A stretch of 64,000 nt of DNA, taken from assembly GCA_963740315.1 (NCBI GenBank), contig CAVUDP010000001.1:32001-96000 (forward strand). The letters are read 5' to 3'. The DNA comes from an uncultured cyanobacterium. Its GTDB lineage: Bacteria; Cyanobacteriota; Cyanobacteriia; Cyanobacteriales; Nostocaceae. Shown in pieces: positions 42,106-52,134 of this stretch (its first letter is position 1; every line of letters starts with the position of its first letter). A program made the position numbers and the translations under genes. Under the pieces are notes generated by a model that was not told where the DNA came from, ran no database searches, and saw nothing but the letters and a program-made list of their open reading frames with translations.

Positions 42106-42222
42106 CCCGATCCGGTGGTTCCTCAATACAGAAATAACCGCTGCAATTACCTAAACATCGGTTGCAGCGGCTAATTATGATTTAAGTTTTGCCATTAATT
42201 CGGCATTCACTTAACAAATACT

Positions 42223-42330
42223 CTACTTTTCCTCTTTGTTTTCAATCCGAGGAGGTTCGCGAAAGGCGATCGCAAAAAACAGGGTGCCAATCGCCAGTGC
42301 CAAAATCAAAATGTATGCAACACTTTCCAT
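42223..42330 (-). CDS. psbT: Photosystem II reaction centre protein T (absent from the ORF track)
   Basis: Manual translation MESVAYILILALAIGTLFFAIAFREPPRIENKEEK*; immediately downstream of psbB. Confidence 0.95.
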   Translation of the reverse strand: MESVAYILILALAIGTLFFAIAFREPPRIENKEEK

Positions 42331-42482
42331 ATCTTTAAATTCCTGCTGACTATCAGGCTGTAATCCCAGTGTACCAAGCTACAAGAAGTAACGATCGCGT
42401 AAATAAACTAAATTGCTGAATTTTAGTATTATTTCGCGACCGTTCTTTACAATTCTTTACTCAGGAATAAGGAGAAACGCAG

Positions 42483-44012
42483 TTAAGCGGTTTCCCTTGT
42501 ACGAGTAGTTTTGTCTCCCACTTTAGCGAATCTACCCCATTCCACTTGTTCTTCGAGGTCAGCATCAACACCAGCAAATACATCTCGGTAAATTGTCCGA
42601 GAACCATGCCAGATATGACCGAAGAAGAACAATAGCGCGAATACGGCGTGTCCGTAAGTAAACCAACCTCTAGGACTGGTGCGGAATACACCGTCAGAAT
42701 TCAAGGTTTCGGTATCGAAGTCAAAAGGTTCGCCCAATTGAGCTTTACGAGCATATTTCTTCACCTCTACGGGGTCCGTAAAGGTTTTACCGTCAAGGTC
42801 ACCACCGTAGAAGCTAACTGTTACACCAGTTTGCTCGAAGCTGTATTTAGATTCTGCACGACGGAAGGGGATATCAGCGCGGATAACACCATCAGCGTCG
42901 GTAAGAAGCACGGGGAATGTTTCAAAGAAGTTGGGAAGACGACGTACATCTAATACGCGACCTTCACCATCTTTAAATACCGGGTGTCCCAACCAAGAAA
43001 CCGCTATACCAGCACCCTTATTCATCTGACCAGTACGGAATAAACCACCTTTGGCGGGGCTATTACCAACGTAATCAAAGAAAGCGAGTTTTTCAGGTAT
43101 TCTCGACCAAGCTTGCTCTAGGTCTACACCATTCGCAACACTAGATTGGACGCGACGGTCAATTTCTTGTTTGAAATAATTTTGATCCCATTGATAACGA
43201 GTTGGACCAAATAATTCTATGGGAGTCGTGGCGCTACCGTACCACATAGTACCCGCAACTACGAATGCTGCGAAAAATACTGCTGCGATCGAACTCGAAA
43301 GTACGGTTTCGATGTTACCCATCCGCAAAGCTTTATAAAGCCTTTCGGGAGGTCGTACAGTCAAGTGGAATAAACCAGCAATAATTCCGACAATACCAGC
43401 AGCGATGTGGTGTGCTACAACTCCACCAGGGTTAAACGGGTTAAAACCCGCCGGTCCCCATTCTGGCGCTACTGCCTGAATGTGACCCGTTAATCCATAA
43501 GGGTCAGAAATCCACATACCCGGACCAAATAAGCCGGTGAGGTGGAAAGCACCAAAACCAAAGCAAAGAAGACCAGATAAGAAAAGGTGAATACCGAACA
43601 TCTTTGGTAAATCCAAAGCAGGTTCGCCGGTGCGGGGGTCTTGGAACAATTCCAAATCCCAGTAAACCCAGTGCCAAACGGCAGCTAAGAACAACAAACC
43701 GGAAAGAACGATGTGAGCTGCGGCTACACCTTCAAACGACCAGAAACCAGGGTCGCCAGTAGCATTGCCCGTAACGCTCCAACCACCCCAAGACTCGACA
43801 ACACCTAAACGTGCCATAAAGGGAAGTACAAACATCCCTTGCCGCCACATTGGGTTTAGTACGGGGTCTGAAGGATCGAAAATAGCTAGTTCGTATAAAG
43901 CCATCGAACCAGCCCAGCCCGCTACTAAGGCTGTGTGCATTAAATGTACAGAAATAAGCCGTCCTGGATCGTTCAGAACGACTGTATGTACTCGGTACCA
44001 AGGTAGTCCCAT
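42483..44012 (-). CDS. psbB: Photosystem II CP47 chlorophyll-binding protein
   Basis: [30 protein letters not shown] and full-length similarity. Confidence 0.99.
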   Translation of the reverse strand: MGLPWYRVHTVVLNDPGRLISVHLMHTALVAGWAGSMALYELAIFDPSDPVLNPMWRQGMFVLPFMARLGVVESWGGWSVTGNATGDPGFWSFEGVAAAHIVLSGLLFLAAVWHWVYWDLELFQDPRTGEPALDLPKMFGIHLFLSGLLCFGFGAFHLTGLFGPGMWISDPYGLTGHIQAVAPEWGPAGFNPFNPGGVVAHHIAAGIVGIIAGLFHLTVRPPERLYKALRMGNIETVLSSSIAAVFFAAFVVAGTMWYGSATTPIELFGPTRYQWDQNYFKQEIDRRVQSSVANGVDLEQAWSRIPEKLAFFDYVGNSPAKGGLFRTGQMNKGAGIAVSWLGHPVFKDGEGRVLDVRRLPNFFETFPVLLTDADGVIRADIPFRRAESKYSFEQTGVTVSFYGGDLDGKTFTDPVEVKKYARKAQLGEPFDFDTETLNSDGVFRTSPRGWFTYGHAVFALLFFFGHIWHGSRTIYRDVFAGVDADLEEQVEWGRFAKVGDKTTRTRETA

Positions 44013-44387
44013 TGACTACGCTCCTCCTCGAAGAATTATGTTTACAAACAATTTTTTGAGTTTTTGTTATTAGCAAACTGGGATTTTTGCACTAAGCGCG
44101 TCTTAATAAGAAACGCATTAGCTTCCATGACATCCAGCCTCGTCAGAAACCGCTTCTTCGGAGGCAGCAACTGCCATGTAAAAATGAGAATGTTTTAAAA
44201 AGTGTAACTATTGATGGAACTGTTTGCAAGAGTGTTCATATCAACCTTGACACTCATATACGGTAACAGCAATTTAGATGATAATACTTAAAATTCTTTT
44301 CTAATATGGGTCGATGCAACCTGTAAAAGTCCTAATTTTCAGAACTTTTCTCATAAAAGGCAAATCTCTACGACTATTTATAAAGTA

Positions 44388-44403
44388 TGTAATTATACTT
44401 ACA
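44388..44403. promoter_or_regulatory. Possible NtcA-type binding site upstream of psbB
   Basis: TGTA-attatact-TACA matches TGTA-N8-TACA; no clearly positioned -10 box on the psbB strand. Confidence 0.3.
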
Positions 44404-44544
44404 GTAATTGTATAGAATAGTCTAAATTTTGTGCGTTCTCAAAATCTTATATATTAGATGTGCCTGGGAGCGAACTAGTAGCCCGAAGCGATTAGCTTTA
44501 TCAAGAACATTGATATTATGTGAAGCAAAATCAAGTAAATGATG

Positions 44545-44880
44545 TTACTTTACAACTGACTGCATATCTTGCAAGTGGCATTTAGCAGAAGCATTTCCCA
44601 AACGTTGGATAACTTGTTCGGCGCTAATTAAACGCTTTAAAACTACTTGACCGATATTTTGAGGTGGTTTTTGTGGCGGCACAGACAATACTGGCTGAAC
44701 TTCCACGGTGACAATCGCATCTTCAACTTGATAAAGCCACATCACGTTGCTATCTTCGACCAAACAAATATTTAATCGTTCAATTTCTGGTTGCCGTCGC
44801 CATGCATTCACTTGCCACAATCCATCATATGCCCATACTCTGCCAACTTTCCAGCCATCGGACAAGAAAAAATATTTCAC
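44545..44880 (-). CDS. Conserved cyanobacterial hypothetical protein
   Basis: GTG start; KYFFLSDGW.VGRVW..GLW..AWRR.P and IGQVVLKRL. Confidence 0.7.
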   Translation of the reverse strand: MKYFFLSDGWKVGRVWAYDGLWQVNAWRRQPEIERLNICLVEDSNVMWLYQVEDAIVTVEVQPVLSVPPQKPPQNIGQVVLKRLISAEQVIQRLGNASAKCHLQDMQSVVK

Positions 44881-45162
44881 GTTTTATATCCCGTTAAGAG
44901 GTTAAGAGGTTAAAGGTCAAAGGTCTGCATGTCAAAGGTGATTGCTACTTTGTTCACTTTAAAATTAGTATTCCTTTATATTTGCATTCCATTTAACTGA
45001 CGAGGCGACTTTCTTAACACTACTCGTACAGCTGCAATCGGAACTTAACACACGAGAAAAGCTTATCAAACCTCTTGCCACTAAATTGGTAGTTTAAGAT
45101 AAATTTCGCTGCGTTTAATATTTTTTATGCGGAAAATAAGTTGAATTAGCGAATTGGGAAGA

Positions 45163-45405
45163 GTGAGAGGGGGGAGATGGGGTTCGGGGGAGAGGGGGAG
45201 ATGGGGTTCGGGGGAGATGGGGGGATGGGGAGATGGGGGGATGGGGAGATGGGGGGTACTTCGACAAGCTCAGTAACCTTTGGGGAGATGGGGAGAAAAG
45301 GGGACAAGGGGACAAGGTAAATAATTTGTAATTCCTCATTCCTAACTCTTAACTCATCACTCCTAACACTTTAACCTTTGACCTTTGACCTTTAACCTTT
45401 AACCT
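45163..45405. repeat. G-rich STRR block with an embedded CTTCGACAAGCTCAG mini-repeat, followed by heptamer arrays
   Basis: GGGGAGAT units interrupted at ~45257-45279 by tacttcgacaagctcagtaacc. Confidence 0.8.
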
Positions 45406-45480
45406 TCTAGAGATATTGTCAAACATATAGTAAAATATCTCACCGCTTATTTTAATTTATTAATTGAATACAATACTGCT

Positions 45481-47118
45481 ATGAATTTGTTTTCCTTGTC
45501 TATAAGGCAGTTGGGGCGAATTAGATTGTTATTCTCCCTGTTCTGCATTTGTATATTATTGGTTTCTAGTTGCGCTAGTAACGATATAAATCCTTCTGCT
45601 TCTGCTTCTGGAAATGGTCGGATTACTATCGGTACTACGGCGAAACCGCGTACTCTCGATCCAGCAGATGCTTATGAGTTGTCTTCGCTGTCGCTGGTGT
45701 ACAACATGAGCGATCGCCTTTACACTTACGAATCTGGAAGTACGGAACTCAAGCCACAACTGGCTACGGCTTTACCTACGATTAGCGCGGATGGTTTAAC
45801 TTATACTATTCCCATTCGTCAGGGTGTGGTGTATCACGACGGTACGAAGTTCGATGCCAAGGCGATGGAGTTTAGTTTGCGTCGTTTTATTGAAAATAAA
45901 GGTAAGCCATCTTTTTTACTCTCCGATAGCGTGGAATCGGTAAAAGCCACGGGAGAATATGAATTAACAATTAAATTAAAACAACCTTTTGCAGCTTTTA
46001 CTTCTTTGCTGGCTTTTGCTGGAGTTCCCGCGCTTTCTCCCAAAGCTTACGAAATAGGTGAAGGGAAATTTGAACCAAATAAATTTGTCGGAACCGGACC
46101 TTATAAATTAACTAAATTTGGCACAGATTCCCTGACATTCGATGTATTCGAGCAATATTGGGGAGAAAAACCCGCGAATAAAGGTGTTAACGTCCAAATT
46201 CTCAGCAGCGGCGTGAATTTGTACAACGGCTTTCGTAAACAAGGCGTAGATGTTGCTTATGTTAGTTTAGATCCCGACCAAATTACAAGTTTGGAGAAAA
46301 TGTCCAGAGACGGTAAATGGTTAGCAATTCCCAACGAAGGTAGCGTAGTTAGTTATTTGACACTCAACCGCAACCAAAAACCCTTAGATATACCGGAAGT
46401 GAGACAGGCGATCGCCGCGATGGTTGACCGTAAATTGATATATGACAGAGTATTATACGGTCAAGCGGAAGCAGTTTACAGCATGATTCCCACAACCTTT
46501 GAAGTTTATCAACCAGTATTCAAAGAAAAATACGGCGAAGGTGGTAATCCCGAAATAGCAAAAGAATTGCTCAGAAAAGCAGGTTTTTCCAAAGAGAATC
46601 CGGCTGTAGTAGAAGTTTGGTATCCTTCAAGTTCGGCAACTCGCAGTTTAACAGCATTGGTTTTGGACGCTCTGGCTAAAAAAACAATGGATGGAATACT
46701 AGTATTTGAAGTGAATACAGTTGAATCTACATCCGCTTTCAAAAACATTGGCGAAGGTTTATACCCAGCATTTTTACTTGATTGGTATCCTGACTTTTTA
46801 GATGCAGATAATTACATTCAGCCATTTTTATCATGCGAACAAGGTTCTCAAGAGAAAGGATGTGAAAAAGGAGGAAGTCAAAGTCAAGGTTCCTTTTTCT
46901 ACAGTCAACGGATGAACGAATTAATTAACCAACAACGCCAAGAACAAGATCCACAAAAACGCAAAAAAATCTTTGCAGAAATTCAAGAAGTATTAGCGAA
47001 TGAAGTACCTTACGTTCCCTTGTGGCAAAGTAAAGATTATGTATTTGCACAAAACGGAATTACCGGAGTGCAATTAGATCCTACTCAGATTTTAATATAT
47101 AGGAATATTAAGAAATAG
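45481..47118 (+). CDS. ABC transporter peptide-binding lipoprotein (DppA/OppA, family 5)
   Basis: Lipobox LVSSC; TLDPA, YHDGT.FDA, VGTGPY, VRQAIA, WYPDFLDADNY. Confidence 0.92.
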   Translation: MNLFSLSIRQLGRIRLLFSLFCICILLVSSCASNDINPSASASGNGRITIGTTAKPRTLDPADAYELSSLSLVYNMSDRLYTYESGSTELKPQLATALPTISADGLTYTIPIRQGVVYHDGTKFDAKAMEFSLRRFIENKGKPSFLLSDSVESVKATGEYELTIKLKQPFAAFTSLLAFAGVPALSPKAYEIGEGKFEPNKFVGTGPYKLTKFGTDSLTFDVFEQYWGEKPANKGVNVQILSSGVNLYNGFRKQGVDVAYVSLDPDQITSLEKMSRDGKWLAIPNEGSVVSYLTLNRNQKPLDIPEVRQAIAAMVDRKLIYDRVLYGQAEAVYSMIPTTFEVYQPVFKEKYGEGGNPEIAKELLRKAGFSKENPAVVEVWYPSSSATRSLTALVLDALAKKTMDGILVFEVNTVESTSAFKNIGEGLYPAFLLDWYPDFLDADNYIQPFLSCEQGSQEKGCEKGGSQSQGSFFYSQRMNELINQQRQEQDPQKRKKIFAEIQEVLANEVPYVPLWQSKDYVFAQNGITGVQLDPTQILIYRNIKK

Positions 47119-47337
47119 GGAATTGGGGATTGGGCATTGGGGATTGGCAATGGGTATACGCCCGCACGCTCCGCGTGAATGGTAATTGGGCATTGGAAAA
47201 AGTAAACCCTAATCCGCCGACGGTTGCAAACCGCCGTCTAACAGCGAAAGTCCTCTAAAAGAGGACTGAATAAAGTTGAAATGGAATATATAAATGTATC
47301 GACTTGCAAATGAAAAAATATCTATCTAATAGATTGG

Positions 47338-47395
47338 GTAGTGCGAGCATCTTGCTCGCTTGAGACATACTAGCGGGCAAGATGCCCGCACTACA
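47338..47395. repeat. REP-like doublet GTAGTGCGAGCATCTTGCTCGC
   Basis: gtagtgcgagcatcttgctcgct...agcgggcaagatgcccgcactac; a degenerate copy lies near 28470. Confidence 0.8.
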
Positions 47396-47545
47396 AATTT
47401 AAACATTTGAGAAGTTCCCAGATAAACAATTAACATTATCAAAAAACAAATATCCCATGCCCAATCCCCCATGCCCATTCCTAACTCCGGTGGTCCTAAC
47501 TCCTAACTTTCAATCCAAAATTCAAAATCTAAAATCCAAAATTCT

Positions 47546-48571
47546 ATGTCTCGTTCAAAAGCTTTAGCGTATTACGTTACTACTCGTTTGTTGCTGGCTC
47601 CGCTGCAAATTCTGACTATTGTGACTATCGTTTTTCTATTACTTAGAGCCACTCCTGGGGACCCAGTTGATGCTATTTTGGGTGGACGTGCGCCGGAAAG
47701 TGCGAAGGAAGAATTACGGACGCAATTAGGTTTAGATTTACCTTTGTGGTTGCAATATTTTAGATACTTGGGTAAATTGCTTGTCTTGGATATGGGCGAA
47801 TCTACAACCAGTCGGGGACAGAAAGTTTGGGAGATTATTTGGCAGTATTTCCCAGCAACGGCAGAATTAGCAATATTTGCGATTATAGTTGCTCTGGTTG
47901 TGGGTATTACTGTTGGTACTATTTCCGCTTCTCGTCCCGGTACAGCACTCGATTTAGGCGGTAGATTGTTCGGCACTATTACTTATGCACTGCCGATGTT
48001 TTGGGCAGGAATGATACTACAGTTAATATTCGCTGTTTGGTTGGGTTGGTTTCCTTTGGGAACAAGATTTCCAGCAACTATGGGTTCTCCAGAAGGTTTG
48101 ACTGGGTTATATACAATAGATAGTCTTTTAAGCCTTAATTTTGGTCAATTCTTTACAGCCATACAATATTTGGTACTGCCTTGCTGTACCTTGGGAATAT
48201 TACTCAGCGGTATTTTCGAGCGGATTGTGCGGGTAAATTTACAGCAAACCATGCAGTCGGATTATGTGGAAGCAGCAAGAGCGAGGGGGATTCAAGAAAG
48301 AAAGATTTTGGTTTCCCACGCTTTGAGAAATGCATTAATTCCCGTGATTACCGTGTTGGGATTAACCTTTGCATCCTTGCTTGGTGGAGCAGTATTAACC
48401 GAAGTAACATTTTCGTGGCCGGGATTAGCGAATCGGTTGTTTCAAGGAATTAGCGAAAGGGATTATCCCACAGTGCAGGGAATCATGATATTTTTCGGGA
48501 CAATTGTTGTCGGAGCGAGTATTTTGATTGATATTTTGAATGCTTATGTAGATCCGAGAATTCGGTATTAG
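47546..48571 (+). CDS. ABC transporter permease (DppB/OppB-like)
   Basis: PGDPV, LGLDLPL..QY, EAA motif DYVEAARARG, TEVTFSWPGL, DPRIRY. Confidence 0.93.
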   Translation: MSRSKALAYYVTTRLLLAPLQILTIVTIVFLLLRATPGDPVDAILGGRAPESAKEELRTQLGLDLPLWLQYFRYLGKLLVLDMGESTTSRGQKVWEIIWQYFPATAELAIFAIIVALVVGITVGTISASRPGTALDLGGRLFGTITYALPMFWAGMILQLIFAVWLGWFPLGTRFPATMGSPEGLTGLYTIDSLLSLNFGQFFTAIQYLVLPCCTLGILLSGIFERIVRVNLQQTMQSDYVEAARARGIQERKILVSHALRNALIPVITVLGLTFASLLGGAVLTEVTFSWPGLANRLFQGISERDYPTVQGIMIFFGTIVVGASILIDILNAYVDPRIRY

Positions 48572-48865
48572 GTGATTGGTAATTGGTAATTGGTAATTGG
48601 TGATTGGTGATTGGTTTTGTAGGGTGCCGTTAGTAGGAGAGTACGGCACCTTTTTTATGTATAAGATACGCAATAAATCAGTTTCCCCCAACCGCTTTTT
48701 CGCTTTTTATAGTTTTGACGTTCAAACCCACGTTAATAAGTACTCCCCATGATTATTAACTAATAATTTGGCATACCAGGTACTGACCTTTTTGTTTTAG
48801 TCCTGTTAAAGATTTTTTGGTAACAATTGAGAACATAAATTGTGTACCTAACTCAACCTAGTAAC

Positions 48866-50317
48866 TTACTTTCTGTTCCCCCTATTTTTTAAATTGGAAC
48901 CTATACCTAAAATACCTAATGTCAGCAAACCTAGTATGGAAGTCGGTTCTGGAACTGATGCTATATCACGGTCGATTTTGAGTTCCGTAATCTGGGTAGA
49001 CCAAATGTCTTCAGCCGAAACAAATTCTTGAAATGTCCAAAAAGTTAAAGGATCGCTTGGATCTATTACAGTCGCACTGTAGTCACCCCACCGATTGCGT
49101 CCAGTGCCGAAAGTTACTTCATAATCTGCTACACCTTCCTTCAATAATAAGGGAGTATCGAAGGTTGTCACTCCACCAACAGTTTGAGCTAACGCAGCAT
49201 AGGAACTAACAAATTGGTTTTCACCAGAACCGCTGAAGCCAATAGCCACATCATCAAACTCGTTGACGGCAATCGAACCATAGTAAAAATCTAGATTGGG
49301 GTCACTAATCAGACCTTCTTGTTGTAGTTGATTGGTATCGGCATCAATCTGAAACCAGCGCATGGCAGCACGTCCGGTACCGTCATTTACAGTGTGAACT
49401 CCCCAAAAAGAATCATTTTGTAAAACTAAGTTGGCATGAAATACGCTACCATTAGCTATTTCTAGATTCTGTTTGTCACCAGGTTGCTCGGCACTAAACC
49501 GAGAAGAGAATGGCGTGACAGAAACTAATCCACCGGAGGTATCCAAGCTCGGTGAGATTATATCCCCGGTGATATTCGAGCGCTTAAATGAACCGGAAAA
49601 TGTATTAAAGCTAGAAAAAATTGCGGCGGGGAGTTCTGTATCGTCCAAATCAACAACAGGTTGCACGGTAAATCCCGTATCTGAAGTAAAATTATTTTCA
49701 AATTTGGTTGTACGAGCAACTGTTGGTGTAGCCCCTAATAAGTCATTCTTAGGTACTGCAACAAATGTTGTTCTAATGCCTCCTGAAGTAATCGGAAACA
49801 TATTTGCTGATAGATAAACCCCATCTTTGTTAAATCCAATGCTCGGGTAATCTACCCAACGTTGATTAGTTGAATCACCATCAATAGCAAAAGCATTCCA
49901 ACCCTGAGTTGGATCGTTCGTTTTAGATGCAGCTAGAAGAAAGCTGCTTTCACTACTTCTTCTATCAGCAGCAGAAACAGCAAACCATCGCTCGCTAAAT
50001 GGATCGTAGACAATTCTGGGGTCGAAAACGTCAAATCTATTTACCCCAGCATCTGTCCAAAATTGGCTAAGGGTACTGGTTTGAACTTTTTGACCTGTAG
50101 ATTTATCATAAACAGAGTATCGTCCATTGATCAGTTCAACAATATGCTCCGAGCCAACTGCACCCATTGTGTCCGGCGGTATAAAAAAACTATCGATTTG
50201 ACGAGTACTACTGGTAAAATTTAGCCCTAAATTGACAGTTACTGCTTCTACAGGAACTGAAATTCCTAGAGTTGAAGTGATAACTAACGATGCAAGACTT
50301 TTCTGAATGAGTTTCAT
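48866..50317 (-). CDS. Secreted PEP-CTERM protein
   Basis: Signal peptide; PPDTMGAVG, DPRIVYD, NRWGDYS; C-terminal VPEPTSILGLL + TM + basic tail. Confidence 0.88.
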   Translation of the reverse strand: MKLIQKSLASLVITSTLGISVPVEAVTVNLGLNFTSSTRQIDSFFIPPDTMGAVGSEHIVELINGRYSVYDKSTGQKVQTSTLSQFWTDAGVNRFDVFDPRIVYDPFSERWFAVSAADRRSSESSFLLAASKTNDPTQGWNAFAIDGDSTNQRWVDYPSIGFNKDGVYLSANMFPITSGGIRTTFVAVPKNDLLGATPTVARTTKFENNFTSDTGFTVQPVVDLDDTELPAAIFSSFNTFSGSFKRSNITGDIISPSLDTSGGLVSVTPFSSRFSAEQPGDKQNLEIANGSVFHANLVLQNDSFWGVHTVNDGTGRAAMRWFQIDADTNQLQQEGLISDPNLDFYYGSIAVNEFDDVAIGFSGSGENQFVSSYAALAQTVGGVTTFDTPLLLKEGVADYEVTFGTGRNRWGDYSATVIDPSDPLTFWTFQEFVSAEDIWSTQITELKIDRDIASVPEPTSILGLLTLGILGIGSNLKNRGNRK

Positions 50318-50908
50318 TTTTGGGGTTGCTCAATCAAGAGATAAGTAGATGGTGAAGTACCAATTTCATTGATGAATTCAGTATTTATTCTTACTTATAA
50401 TATCAGCAACACCGTACTTAGATTGTCGTATAAAATACATTGAATTTGGAATCATAAAATATGAAACCTCACCTTCAATAACTTTAACTTTTAATAATTT
50501 TTAACAGCTGCCACGGTGGGTTTTTCTTATGTAGTGGAGGTTTCAGCCGCCGAATAATTTCAAATTAAACATCTTCTCTTAACCCAAACCCGTTATAACA
50601 AGAATAGGCAACAGCGACCGAGCGCACTAATGCTACCTTGAATTCTCTTTCCACAAGCGCATCTGTTTTTTTACTTTCTCGTCAAACCCAGATCGAAATT
50701 TTGACTGTTCGTTGTAATAAGTATCTGTCCAAATAGTTTTAGAGTCGTATTTAGCTTTTTGTAAATAGACATGGAGATCCCCCCAACCCCCCGCTAATTT
50801 GGGGGACTTTGCGTAGCTTTTACGACGCTAATTCATAACCCACGCAGGTGGGTTTCGCTTGTGTAACCGTGAATTATATTCGCCAGATAAAATTAATCCG
50901 CTAAAATC

Positions 50909-51547
50909 TCAACCCAACTCACAAATCGCTTTCAAAACCTGCAACAACTCAACTGCTCGCTCGGATTCCATCAAGTTTAACAACGGCATTAACTGATATG
51001 TCGGAGGATTTCCCTGTTGAATATACACAAATTGATAAATCCTTCCGTTCGTAGTCAAACCCCAAACTGATTTTTGATGTTCTAAACATTCATATGCATA
51101 AGTAAGCAATTGCGGTAAACCTTCAAACACATCAACACCGCTATTCTTTGATTCAATTACCAAAACCCAAAAATACAATTTAGCTGCGTTTAATTTTGCT
51201 TTATTAACAGCTAAAATATCCAATCTACCTGTAACTTTTGTATCTTCGTCTTCAATAACTATATCGGCAATATTTTCTTCTAAAGCAATTTTGATGGGAG
51301 AGCGATAAAAGCCTGCTAATCGCATTAATGGAAAGACTGTTAACGCTTTAACCAATCCTTCTAATACTTTACTTTCTATAATATAGTTATCAAAATCCGT
51401 GCGAATTTGTAATATTTCTTGCCGTTCAAATTCGGTTAAAGGTTCGAGAGATAACAATGATGTAAATGAATCATTGTATTGCCTTTGATAGCCGAAAAGA
51501 CGGTGGATATCTCCTATTGATAAATTTTTACTTTGGAGAATTGCCAT
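50909..51547 (-). CDS. Stand-alone PD-(D/E)xK protein resembling the type I restriction R-subunit N-terminal domain
   Basis: GRLDILAV...LVIESK, GLPQLLTY, WGLTTNG. Confidence 0.8.
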   Translation of the reverse strand: MAILQSKNLSIGDIHRLFGYQRQYNDSFTSLLSLEPLTEFERQEILQIRTDFDNYIIESKVLEGLVKALTVFPLMRLAGFYRSPIKIALEENIADIVIEDEDTKVTGRLDILAVNKAKLNAAKLYFWVLVIESKNSGVDVFEGLPQLLTYAYECLEHQKSVWGLTTNGRIYQFVYIQQGNPPTYQLMPLLNLMESERAVELLQVLKAICELG

Positions 51548-51576
51548 AGGTTTAATTATTTATGGTTTGTTAAATT

Positions 51577-51700
51577 AGCCTTCACAACCGCCTTGGAATA
51601 AATTCCCAGGCTTAAAAACAAAGTCTGATAAATCAGACTGGGTAAGGCATAAGGTGCGTTTTCAACGTACTTTGTTATGGGTTCCTTGAAATTAATTTCT
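51577..51700. mobile_element. Partial second copy of the 862-1043 element
   Basis: agccttcacaaccgcc is shared; the internal segment matches the reverse complement of 905-1010. Confidence 0.7.
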
Positions 51701-51719
51701 ATTCAGAGTGTAGGCAATA

Positions 51720-51941
51720 TTAAACAATCCCATCTCCTACAACATTATCCCAAACAGCAATTTCAGCTTGATATTCGCAGTCTTGAGCATCCTTTTGTAG
51801 AGCCGTAATCATTTGTAATTCTAAACTACAGCGACGATATTCTGCTAAAACTGCATTTATGTAAGCACTGCGATTTCCTTTTGCTTGGGAATCTACAAAT
51901 TGAAAAATGTCATCTTCTAAAATAATTGTGATTTTATGCAT
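51720..51941 (-). CDS. CopG/RHH (MazE-like) antitoxin-like protein, orphan
   Basis: KITIILEDD..FVD.QAKGNRSAYINA (ribbon-helix-helix) and acidic C-terminus WDNVVGDG. Confidence 0.75.
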   Translation of the reverse strand: MHKITIILEDDIFQFVDSQAKGNRSAYINAVLAEYRRCSLELQMITALQKDAQDCEYQAEIAVWDNVVGDGIV

Positions 51942-52134
51942 AATCTAAATCCTACCAATTCTTAACCCACGCAGGTGGGTTTCGTCTGTGTAGATGCGGT
52001 AACAAAGCGCCAGGTATTTTTCCCCAATCTCAAATTTTATCTTTGAAAATTCGCCAAATAAATCACAATCAAACATCCCCTCTTAACCCAAAACCGTTAT
52101 AACAATAATAAGAAGCTGTAGATGGGGCAATTAG

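Noticed and set aside
45115..45339. 74-aa Pro/Ser-rich ORF
   Set aside because: Translation of a G-rich STRR array.
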